64,000 nt of DNA, taken from positions 310,001 through 374,000 of the forward strand of contig CDROCS010002078.1 of assembly GCA_977020255.1 (NCBI GenBank), read 5' to 3'. The notes under the pieces are model-generated. The model did not search any database. It saw only the letters and a program-made list of their open reading frames with translations, and had not been told where the DNA came from. The position numbers were made by a program, and so were the translations under genes. Position 1 is the stretch's first letter; each line of letters opens with the position of its first letter. Positions 37,948 to 49,434 of the stretch are shown piece after piece. Origin of the DNA: Obrimoposthia wandeli (Eukaryota).

Positions 37948-38571
37948 TATTTGTATCAAAATTGATCCCAATTTTAATTTTCTGTTTTCAAAAAATCACT
38001 TAAGAATTTTGCTTATTGCCTAATTTCCGAAACACATTTTATTTCTTATTATTTTGACATAAATTTGAAAAAAAGTAAACTATCACTCTAAATTTGATCA
38101 GTCTCTAATGACTTTAATTTTACTGAACAAACAAAAACTAAACTTTGTGCAAAATAGTAAAATATTGGCATCAATTGTAGCAATATTCTTTTGCTGTTAA
38201 TTTCCATTCATAGACTGTTCTATAAAGTCGATGATTTACTCAAGAAACACCAAATTAACAGTGTAAAAAAGGTTAAAATAAAGCTCAAAGTTGGCAGATG
38301 AAATATCATCTGAAGACTTTGCGGTGCTTCTTGGGCCAAAAAAAGGTCTAACAAAACCAATGTCTAAAAAGTAGACAAGAAGAATAGACAAACCAGAAAT
38401 AAATTGAAGTCAAAAAATTTAAAAACAATGAAGTATTCCAATTCACAGGCCAAACATTTTGAAACAAGTCTTGGAGAAACCCTGGAAATCTGTATGTATT
38501 TCCGCTGCTACATCGATAGGGATGGTAGGGATAATGAGTGTGTGTTTGTGGGTGAAGAAGGGTTCAAACAA

Positions 38572-38724
38572 TCATTCAGAGGCAGGTCTCAAGGTCAGGA
38601 TTTCATGCATGATCTGGGCCCTGTACATGGCGGGATCCACAACATTCCGATTTACTTCTCGGATGTAGTCAGTTCGATTAAGGATTCCACTTGGGGACGG
38701 CTGAAAGTGCTGTTGGGAATGCAC
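38572..38724 (-). CDS. Ig-superfamily membrane protein, last coding exon
   Basis: Acceptor ttgcag| at 38725, phase 0. VHSQQHFQ...LTLRPASE*. Confidence 0.65.
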   Translation of the reverse strand: MHSQQHFQPSPSGILNRTDYIREVNRNVVDPAMYRAQIMHEILTLRPASE

Positions 38725-38754
38725 CTGCAACAATGCAATCTTGATTATGCACAT

Positions 38755-40605
38755 CCTCGATCATGCAGAACATAAATCATACATAACTTCGACCACGCTC
38801 AAACTCAATCATGCACAAACTCAATCATGCACAATCTCGATCATGCACAATCTCGATCATGCACAATCTCAATCATGCACAATCTCGATCATGCACAATC
38901 TCGATCATGCACAACCTCTATCATGCACAACCTCTATCATGCACAATCTCGATCATGCACAATCTCTATCATGCACAATCTCGATCATGCACAACCTCTA
39001 TCATGCACAATCTCGATCATGCACAACCTCGATCATACACAACCTCGATCATGCACAACCTTGATCATGCACAACCACGATCATGCACAGCCTCGATCAT
39101 AAACAACCTCGATCATACACAACCTCGATCATGCACAACCTTGATCATGCACAACCACGATCATGCACAGCCTCGATCATAAACAACCTCGATCATACAC
39201 AACCTCGATCATGCACAACCTCGATCATACACAACCTCGATCATGCACAACCTCAATCATGCACAACCTCGATCATACACAACCTCGATCATGCACAACC
39301 TCGATAATGCACAACCTCGATCATGCACAACCTCGATCATGCACAACTTCGATCATGCACAATCATGATTATGCATAACCTTGATCATGCACAACCACGA
39401 TCATGCACAACTTCGATCATGACAACCTCGATCATACACAACCTCGATCATGCACAACCTCAATCATGCACAACCTTGATCATGCACAACCACGATCATG
39501 CACAGCCTCGATCATAAACAACCTCGATCATGCACACCCTCTATCATGCACAATCTCGATCATGCACAACATCGATCATACACAACCTCGATCATGCACA
39601 ACCACGATCATGCACAACTTCGATCATGCACCACCTCGATCATGCATAACCTCAATCATGCACAATCTCGATCATGCACAACCTCAATCATGCACAACTT
39701 CGATCATGCACCACCTCGATCATGCACAAGCTCGATCATGCACAAGCTCGATCATGCACAACCTCAATCATGCACAAGCTCGATCATGCACAAGCTCGAT
39801 CATGCACAATCTCGATCATACACAACCTCGATCATGCACAACCTCGATAATGCACAACCTCGATCATGCACAACCTCGATCATGCACAACTTCGATCATG
39901 CACAATCTCGATCATACACAACCTCGATAATGCACAACCTCGATAATGCACAACTTCGATCATGCACCACCTCGATCATGCATAACCTCAATCATGCACA
40001 ATCTCGATCATGCACAACCTCAATCATGCACAACTTCGATCATGCACCACCTCGATCATGCACAAGCTCGATCATGCACAAGCTCGATCATGCACAACCT
40101 CAATCATGCACAACCTTGATCATGCACAATCTCGATCATACACAACCTCGATAATGCACAACCTCGATAATGCACAACTTCGATCATGCACCACCTCGAT
40201 CATGCATAACCTCAATCATGCACAATCTCGATCATGCACAACCTCAATCATGCACAACTTCGATCATGCACCACCTCGATCATGCACAAGCTCGATCATG
40301 CACAAGCTCGATCATGCACAACCTCAATCATGCACAACCTTGATCATGCACAACCACGATCATGCACAGCCTCGATAATAAACAACCTCGATCATGCACA
40401 CCCTCGATCATGCACAATCTCGATCATGCACAACCTTGACCATGCACAACCTCGATCATGCACAACCTCGATCATGCACAACTTCGATCATGCACAATCA
40501 TGATTATGCATAACCTTGATCATGCACAACCTCGATCATGCACAACTTCGATCATGCACCACCTCGATCATGCATAACCTCAATCATGCACAATCTCGAT
40601 CATGC
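38755..40605. repeat. 16-bp minisatellite (ctcgatcatgcacaac)n, ~115 units
   Basis: Continuous degenerate array. Higher-order periods of 80 and 224 bp are suggested by repeated variant order (39083/39163; 40010/40234). Confidence 0.95.
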
Positions 40606-40697
40606 AACAACAACAAAAATAAAAGTAGAGGTCTTGAATAGATAGATCAATACTTTACTGTTTCGCTTTGCATCATAAAAATAGGGCCTACTCGTAC

Positions 40698-40907
40698 CAG
40701 ATCACCGTAATGTTGAGTCAGTGGTCGGCTCCTCACCACGACAACCACATCGCTGGCTCCCAAGCACTGAAGCTGTTCTCTGGTCGCGTCACGGGTGCAA
40801 ATCTGTTCAACGGTCTTACAACGTCCAGGCCGCCGTCTCTCCTTCTCCTGCTGGCGATTGCTCTGATTATTGGTTCCACTATCATTGGCGTTGTTCTGAA
40901 AGTCATC
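40698..40907 (-). CDS. Ig-superfamily gene, cytoplasmic-tail exon
   Basis: cttgcag| acceptor and |gtacga donor. 210 nt, phase 0/0, open (DDFQNN...HYGDL). Confidence 0.7.
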
Positions 40908-41269
40908 CTGCAAGAATCATTGCAACGGAGATAAGTATCCATACTGTATTTACTTGCTCAACTGGCACGATTAAAAGGAGGCTGTCTGATATTCGTGGAA
41001 AAACCAAATATGATTCTGATACTGTCAAAATTGCAAAGAAAGGTCTGATCTCATCTTTACAATCTAAATATAAACAATCCAATTAAATGATTCGACGAAT
41101 TTAGGCATAACCATTAACGCAGTAAACTCAAACAAGTAAAAATAAGGTTTTTCATTTATAAAATACTTGTTTATCGACTTGAAAAGTATATTTAAGATCA
41201 TGATTTTAAATAAATAAATATGTTTCAAACGTAACTTACCTGTCAAAGGTTATTGAAAAATGTCTGGCT

Positions 41270-42100
41270 ATCCAGCTTATCAACTATTTAGAAGAAAACT
41301 TTAGTCTTCCTGGATATCAGTCTGTATTTTACTTTTATCATATACAGAAAGATAATTATCCAAGGTTCACAATGACACATTGAGTATCATAAATCAAAGA
41401 AATTGTTTTGTACTTTTTGACCAGTATTTGAAATGGTTCACCATGAGGTTCTAATTCAATACATGAGAAATATTGGAAGAGTTTTGACGAGCTTGAGATA
41501 ATTTGACAGTTAATCCACATGTAGACAAAGAGTAGTTATATTTGACGATGAGTTTTGCAGGAAAGAAGATTTAAAATCTAGAGTATCACAGTACTCTATT
41601 CTATGTCAAATTACGTTTCTTACATATACAGTAGTGATCAATTAAATATAAAAAAACGGTTTTCTTTGGAAATGTTGAAGCACGTACAATGTAAACGTTT
41701 TACATTATACGATTGATAACTGTTATAAATCTTCAACTTTCATATAAGTCAAAATTCTGTGGCAGAAATGTTATTATAAATCATAGAAAATAATTGTTTT
41801 ATATTCCTCAGAGCGCCCCACAAAAATCAGGAAGTTTAATACACGGATAACAAAATATTTATTGAGGCTCCGTATTCAAAGGGATTTCCATGAATCGATG
41901 AGCAACGATGTAGAATAAAGAGAGAAAAGGCAAAATATTCTGAAATGCTAAATATATACTGAGGATTACAAAAGACATCAAGAAATGTCACCAACAAATT
42001 TGTGATTTAATAATGTATATATTATTTTAATAAAGAATTACCAAATTATAATAGTGTAAATAAATTTGAGATAAGATTTTTAATTGATCATTGTGAAGGT
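41270..42100 (+). mobile_element. Decayed LINE RT (intronic)
   Basis: QLINYLEENFSLPGYQS and FEMVHHEVLIQYMRNIG...RQRVVI...SRVSQYSILCQITFL match the LINE RT domain order. Confidence 0.55.
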
Positions 42101-42339
42101 TGTGGTTGATTATCCTTAACTAGAACATTAAATTGTGGAATTGTTTTCGACAAGGCAACACTCATGTTGGACATCCAGGCGATTTATATATTTGGCCTTG
42201 ATTGTTACCAGTGAAGAAAACCCCACTTCGCAGATACATACCGGGGCAAAATAATTATAATTTCCATGTCGCGCTATACAAGGCATGGGTAGGCTACTTT
42301 AAAGAAAGACCAGAATCCTCCAAGTGTTTTTTAGTTTAA

Positions 42340-43276
42340 CTCAATTTGTAGCTAGGCTTTTGTTCTAAGCTTGATGAGTTCATCTTTTAGTGAGGTCAAT
42401 ATCATCGATACAATCTATAATTGAAAGAAAGGCACTGTGAATCCATGGCTCAACATTAATGCTATCTTGAAGGAAAACATTTTAGAACGAGTTTTGGAGA
42501 ATTTCCAGGTATTCACAAATTTCATCTTTCAAAGAATTCGCCCGAGAATTTTGTATTTGACATCCATTTTGCGAAACACCTTTATCAGGCATTTGAAAGT
42601 TTACAAAGATTCCGGTATACCTTTTAATAAAGTTTATATTTTTCGATTGCTTCATAATGGTGACGTCAGGTTCTGAATCGAGAGATTTACGTCATTCATA
42701 TGGTTAAAAATATGCCATATAATCAACTTATACATGAAATCCTTTTCATTTCGAATTGTTCAAAGAGTGACTTACCTTTTCTTTCAGAATAGGGATACTT
42801 CTGTCATTAGCGTGCGCGTGCGCTTTAAGGCGTGTTCAGTTGAGAGCCAGTGTACTTCTGTTGTATAGAAAAACTTCTTAATCTGCTCCATTTTTTGGCA
42901 AAAACCTTTCAAAATGCGATGATCCGAGTTCTGCTTCTAATAAAGTTGACTATTTTACTAATTGTTGACAAAAGTTCTTTGAATCTGGTTCGAAACGATT
43001 TTGTAGCCAGTACATGTTTTTGTAAGATGCAGTGAGTAACAAGGACGCGAGGAGCTTCATATTGATATAACGCAGCAAAACCAGATTTGTTGCCAAGCAT
43101 CGCTGGTGTCCCATTTGTGCAAAGTAGATGAAGATTTTTTCAGTCAAAGTCGTGTTTAACAACAAAAAACTGTTTAATGTTGCCAACATATCAATCGCCT
43201 TTGTAGTTTCCAACCCACAAAATAATAACTCATCTTCAACGGCATCTCCAGATTCTACGTGAGCATAACGAACAAA
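42340..43276 (-). mobile_element. hAT (Buster/ZBED8-like) transposase remnant
   Basis: FVRY...DELLFC-LETTKAID, MLGNKSGFAAL...VTHCILQKHVLATK...KIVNFIRSR, TEVHWLS. The 5' part is cut by a Maverick TIR. Confidence 0.85.
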
Positions 43277-44648
43277 TGTAGGTGGATGTGTCTGGTCTAA
43301 TCCACACCCCTTCCCCTCTCCCCCGGGGGCTACCACTGTCCTTTAAACCCGTACATGTGTGTGGAGTGACATTTTTGCATGTGTGTCCATCCCACCCGAA
43401 GGCGGGGAGTAATCCTTTTTTATTTTACTTTGAATTTTACTGCTAATCTCAAAGGTGATTAGAGAAGACCACGGGAATCCATAATGACCCCTCATGATTA
43501 AGATCATAATATGTTTATGTGAATATATTACTACTATTTTAAGAAAGATCTTAGATTAATAAATTACTGCATGTTTGTTAAATATCTAGGTAAGTTTTTT
43601 ATAATTTTTAGGAGAAAAACAAAATACGAATCAAAATTCCTTTCAAAACATACATTAAATCAAACATAAAACACCATATTGGCTTCACTCAAAGTCCAAA
43701 GGGGTTGCATTTTCCAGTCCTCAGCAAAATTAGAAACATGATTAAAATAAATAATCAAATCTGATCCGTCGCCATTATTCTCCTGACGTGTCTTAGAAGA
43801 TTGTGGCCTTCTGAATACTCCAGGCACCATTTCGTCAATATATTGGGATTTCTGTACCCCTCCTATTTGTCCAGATCTTGACTTGCTACTCTTGGTGGTA
43901 CATATTATTCAAATTATTTATTTGAAAATCTGTACTATTTTTTAAAGTTTTTGGCTACGTTTGTGTGTGTATGTATCATAGGGTAGAAAAATATTTTCAA
44001 TTAATTTATAAAAAAATCGTACTATTTTGATAAGATATTGTTCAATGTGTGTAGTTGAAGTGAAATAGATTTATAGGTGAAAAACCATCACTTATTTGTG
44101 TGTATATGGATATAAATACTCACATTGATTTTTTTCGCACCCTAAGGACACGAAACCAAAATCTCGTGAACAATTTATGTATGTATATTTCTCATTGGGC
44201 CAACGCGTGCCTTTCGGGCACGCGTTAGCTCATATATGGTTTCTCAGGCCCTTTCTCACTCTGTGAGTGCAATATGAGATTTTCAGTTTTATGGGTACTT
44301 AAATAGAGTTAATTAGTATTTTGTGGTGGTGGAGTGGGCGTTGAAATAAATGTATACACTACTTCCAGAATTTCAGAAGCTAAATGGTAATCTAAGAATC
44401 GTAGGGACCGGTTCGAAATCACTCTTGATGAAATTCAAGTATCCTATGCGCTTAATCTTCGAATTTCAATTCATCACCTTGACAATTGTATCATCCATCG
44501 TCAATAAATTACATTTGTGCAGTTGAACAGTGTTTAAATGTGTATAGATTAATATACATGCTCGAAATTTTACCCACAAACATGCACGGTTTTAAAGGAC
44601 AGTAGTACCTCTACTGGGGAGGGGTGGATTAAACTTGGATCTACTACT
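43277..44648. mobile_element. Segment bounded by inward-facing family-1 Maverick TIRs
   Basis: Left end gtaggtggatgtgtctggtctaatccaca; right end catgcacggttttaaaggaca...ggattaaac...ctactact. No TSD seen. Confidence 0.55.
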
Positions 44649-46959
44649 TGGAATTAAAACTAGCCCCATACAATCAATCACAATACTCGGTTATTGACAT
44701 TTTCTGAGAATCATGACTGAAAATGACTGAATAAACTCTCGTAATAAATTGTTATATAATACAAATTTAGTAGTGGGAAGTAATGACTTATACTCAAGAC
44801 AATAGGTACCCCCGAATTAATATATTCTCCCATAGAACATATACCGTTGTCATGGAAACGTCGTGAGCGGCACCATGACGACCAACACACACAATGTCGT
44901 CATGGTGTGCGTCCCCATGGCAACCATTTCTCTCGAGTACGGTCACTTGAAGGTCATGTGAGGGTCATTTAAATGTTATTTAAGGGTCATTTCAAGGTTA
45001 TTTAAAGTCGCTCTTTAGTTTAAACGCATCAATTTTGTTCAAGTTAATTTTTATTTAAATGCCCCAATATTTGTGCGCGCTAATTTTAAATTTTCAAAGT
45101 CAAATTTTCCAAAAATTATTTATGTCAACATTTTTAAAAAAATTATGTGTAAATTTATATATTTTTTTTAATTTAAAAAAACTTAAAAACTTTAAAACTT
45201 TAAATTATTTATATTTTGTATTAATTTTATTCACAAGTAACAAATATTTTTCAAAATTCAATCTTATAGTTTTATATTTTTATCCAAGGAAACAAAGGAT
45301 CCTTCCATCATAAATACAATTGTTTAAATACATCAATTTCAAAATATATTATTCAAACAAATGTGATCTAACTAAATGATAATGCATAATATAATTTTAA
45401 TAAGGTCAATGTATCTAGGTTATTATAAACCATATGCATTTAATTTTAATAGAAATTTTATAATATTATCCATTGTTTTTTAAAAAGAGAATTTGTTTAA
45501 CGCATCAATGAAATCAATTAGGCTGGGAAGAGTATATAAGAAAAATTTTAAAGTTTTATTTCAAGAATTTTATTGAAAGAGCTCCTGAACAGCGAGAAGC
45601 ACTCTCTAGCAGAGAAGTGCTATCTCGCATAAGGGTTGATGATCTGGGAGTCTCTTGAAGTGGAAAAGATCCCGGCTTCATTGGTTGGTCTCTAATTGGC
45701 CAACCACCCATACTGCCACATAAAGATTGGTAGTGAGTCCTTCGCATGCATGCACAAACCACTCTTTATTACGGCTACACAAGAAAGGGATGGGAGGGAC
45801 TCTAAATTTTTGTTAAAGTTTTTGGGTGTTTTAAAACGTTATATAGAAAAACATTTATAAAGAACTTTAGCTACTTACTACTAAAAGTAGCCAACTATCT
45901 ACTGGTAAGAAATTCATTTCTAATTTCATTTAAATACTCATTAAAATAAGTAGAATATAATTTACTAAACTTTATCAAAATAAGTATAAATACCAAAATT
46001 TAATTTCATGTTTTTAAATTTGGGTATTTGGATAGCTTAGCGAAACATTGTGTACCAAGATATACACTAGGATTCTTTCAATTGCAGTGAATGCTTTATA
46101 TAATCTTACAAAAATATCAAGTATACCATTCCGCTTTCCCCATCCATATTCTTTTTCAATTTTAGAGCATTCGTATTAACCTCACAAGCCATCTACTTAA
46201 AAGATTCCCTAAATAAAAGGAACATGTCCACCTTCATTTTCTTTTTACCTTTTTCTTATAAAGTATTATTAAATTATTACTAATGTTTATAATGAAGAAG
46301 AAAGCAAAGATAAGAATTTATTAGTCAGCTCTAATAGCCTCAATTATGTTCTATATAGGTGTTATCAATCAAGAGGGCCCGATTTTGTATCCTTGAATTC
46401 TGATTTCAAGGATCCATTCTAATCTAGGAGGAAGTCCATCGAATATTGTTCCATTCTCCGTCTTGAAAGTGGCATTTTGTAACTTGATTATGAATTTGTT
46501 TTCCCGAAGCTCATATTTGATCCCGAATTGCTTGAAGAGAATATTGATTCTCTCTTTATCCACTGAAGTCAAATTTGATACCTGAAAATCAAATCTAAGT
46601 GTCTCTATTTTGACAGGAAAAATAAAATTATAGTTGAGATTTCCTCAAAAAGTGCATATCATATCCATGATATTTGTGCATAGGCTGATATAGCTTTTCT
46701 AAATTTGGATTCTCGAAATGCATATTTACAATTTACAGTTCAAATATTCAATTGTTTATCTTTTGAAGCTCGATTCTAATTGGTTAATAACGTTGTTTAT
46801 GAAAATCGCTTGGTATTAGTCATATCCTTGAAGGGCTTACGTTCCTCGGTTACACGCGTAGGCCTTTTTATTGTTTCAGATATTGGATTAATATTTTCTC
46901 TATGATTATTTCTTTTATAATCCATATAGCATATAAATTACTACCAGAACCTATATATG

Positions 46960-47290
46960 TGCTTGATCTATCTTGATTATCCATTTTCAATAGATCAATA
47001 TCGAGATATTGTTTATAGTTTTTATTTTCAAATAGTATATAAGTCTAAAATGTCTTTATTATATTTTGTTATGCCTACTATGATGACTAAGAGTATGGGA
47101 TTAGACGCAGTTTACGAGCAGACATTTTTTCGGGATTTCGATATACCAAATACAATCATCTATGCGTGAACATTTTTGCGAGCGGGAAGGTGATGATACT
47201 TGGTGTTAAGTCACTAGGATAAGAATATATTATTGAATGTATTTTAATTAATATACATCTTCACACTTGCGTTATTTATTTTCTAAACAA
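46960..47290 (+). pseudogene. TBP-like gene (3' half), copy E
   Basis: AVYEQTFF...LCVNIFASGKVMILGVKSL. Nucleotide sequence is close to copy C. Confidence 0.75.
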
Positions 47291-47529
47291 AGACATCACT
47301 TGCAAAAAGTTGCAAAAAGTTGCAATGTTACTAAAAACTGATTTATCCTTATTTTCTGAATTATAAACAATATTCTTATAGCTTTAAATTTGTCAATAAA
47401 ATGGAGAAACTTAATAAACCAGCAGTGGTGAAAAAAGAAGAAGTTATCGAAGAAACTGTTGAAGAAGTGAAAAATAGTATTGAAGAATAAATAAAACGAT
47501 CAGATTTCTTAAATGCTTTGTCTTTCATG

Positions 47530-47975
47530 GAACCCATAAATGGCCTAGTGGTAGCGGGAAAACTCTTCTTATTGGCAATTTACTACAAAATAATAAATAC
47601 TTTAGATTTAAGTTTAATAAGATATGTTGGCATGAGGGTGGAGATGGAGGAGCTTGTTTAACTAGTAAAGAGTTTAAGAAAATCAAAAAAATAAAAGGCA
47701 TTAATGGATTTGAAAATAATTGATCTGAGCGATTAGAACGACATGATGTTATTGTTATTGATGACTTGTATCAAAAAGCAAATAAAGTGAAGGATTTAAT
47801 TATTTATTCACAAAATAGCAAAACATCGTGAAGTAACTAATATTTTCATTATACAAAATCTTTTTCACCAGAGTGGGAATCATAGAACTTATAATTTAAT
47901 TGTACATTAACTTGTTTTCTTCAAGAATACATGTGATCAGACTGTTATTAATTTTATTGCAAGGTAAACTTTCCC
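47530..47975 (+). pseudogene. Polinton packaging ATPase, copy E
   Basis: GPSGSGKT, VIVIDDLYQ, KHREV...QNLFHQSGNHRTYNL. Confidence 0.85.
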
Positions 47976-49113
47976 GAATAAAATTTATATTATGCATCAA
48001 AATTATATTATGATTAAAATTATACTATGCATTATCATTTAGTTAAATCACATTTGTTTGAATAATATATTTTGAAATTGAAATATTTAAACAAAATGTC
48101 TTTATGATGAAAGGGTCCATTGTTTCTTTTGGATAATAATATAAAACACTAAGATTGAATTTTGAAAAATATGTGTTACTTGTGAATAAAATTAATACAA
48201 AATATAAATATTTTAAAGATTTAAAGTTTTAAAGTTATTTGAAAATTTGAATTTTTTTGTTGAAGTTTTGTATTTTGAAAATTAAATGTTTTTTGAAATT
48301 TTTATGTTTTTATGTATTTTAATGTATTAAAAATTTTGACAAAAATAATTTTTGTAAAATTTGACCTTGAAAATTTGAAATTGGCGCGCATATATTTCGA
48401 TGCATTTAAACAAAAGAGCGACCTTTAAATGACGTACCCAGAAGTAATCTGTTACCATGGTGACACACCGTGGCTGCTGCATTGGGTTGGTTGTCATGGT
48501 GATCACTTGGTGTTTCCATAGTGACGGTCTTCGTACTCGAGAGAATCTTTCCTCTCGGGGTGACCTATTGCCTTGAGTCGAAGTCATCACTTCCCACTAC
48601 TCACTTTGTTTGCATTCAACAACTTTTTGAGTGAATCTGTCAGTTGTGTGAACTTTATCCGGTCTATTTTACCTTCAAATTTGAGTCAAAAGTCACAGTA
48701 GGCCTTCCTGTAACTATAAATATAACCCCAAAATGAAGCAAATTGTTAATATGATGTATGACAATTACACATATAGTTTGATGCGTTACAACAGCTGGTA
48801 ATTTTTTTTTCAATTATGTTTAAACTTTTTCTGTTTGTTTTTGTTGTCTAAATAAAAATGTCAATAAATTATTTCGCGTTATACATTTGAATTAAATTAC
48901 CATTTACCATTTAACCCTAAGTCAGATTGCAAATATAATTTTAATTGTTAAACAATAAGTATAATATATTCCAATCTGAAATTACTATTTCTAGTACTTT
49001 AAAAATAGTAAAAGCAAAATTGAAGGGTACTATAAATATTTTGACAAATTATCGTAAGTTTTGCAGTGGTTCAAAGGAACTCCAAAATGTTAGACAACCA
49101 AACAAATAATTAC

Positions 49114-49434
49114 TAATGATGGTTCAGTATCTCTTTCTTTCTGAGTCTCGGGAGAGAGAACTTGTTTCGGAGCCCTTTTCTCTTTCTTGGTGTCAATCCG
49201 GTAGATACTCTCTGAGAAGACCAGGGTCAGGATCACAATGAGGCTGCAGAAATACACCACTGCTATCATGGTCAGAACAGCAACATGCTTCACAGATGAG
49301 TTCTTGGGTCGGCTCTGGGGGTTGTACACGAAGAAGCTGATGTTGACCGAAGACAGGCCCCAGATGTTTGAGGCTAAGCATGTTGCCGTATACTGTTTCT
49401 CCTTGAAAATTTGCGTGATCATCATTATCTCGTT
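49114..49434 (-). CDS. Ig-superfamily gene, exon with end of Ig domain, TM helix and juxtamembrane region
   Basis: gagcag| acceptor and |gtaatt donor, 321 nt, phase 0/0. TATCLASNIWG (Ig F/G strands) and TM VAVLTMIAVVYFCSLIVILTLVF. Confidence 0.8.

Larger units (their letters stand above)
44769..48601 (+). mobile_element. Internally deleted Maverick E with ~0.6-kb TIRs (family 2)
   Basis: AGTAGTGGGAAGT... and ...ACTTCCCACTACT ends. Inverted similarity over ~44769-45400 versus ~47995-48601. Flanks aaattt/cacttt match at 4 of 6 positions. Encloses TBP-like and ATPase remnants. Confidence 0.8.

Noticed and set aside
38741-40503. Many 'MHNLDHAQPRSCTTSI' ORFs in the ORF track
   Set aside because: These are translations of a 16-bp satellite cycling through frames inside a host intron; there is no evidence of a protein.
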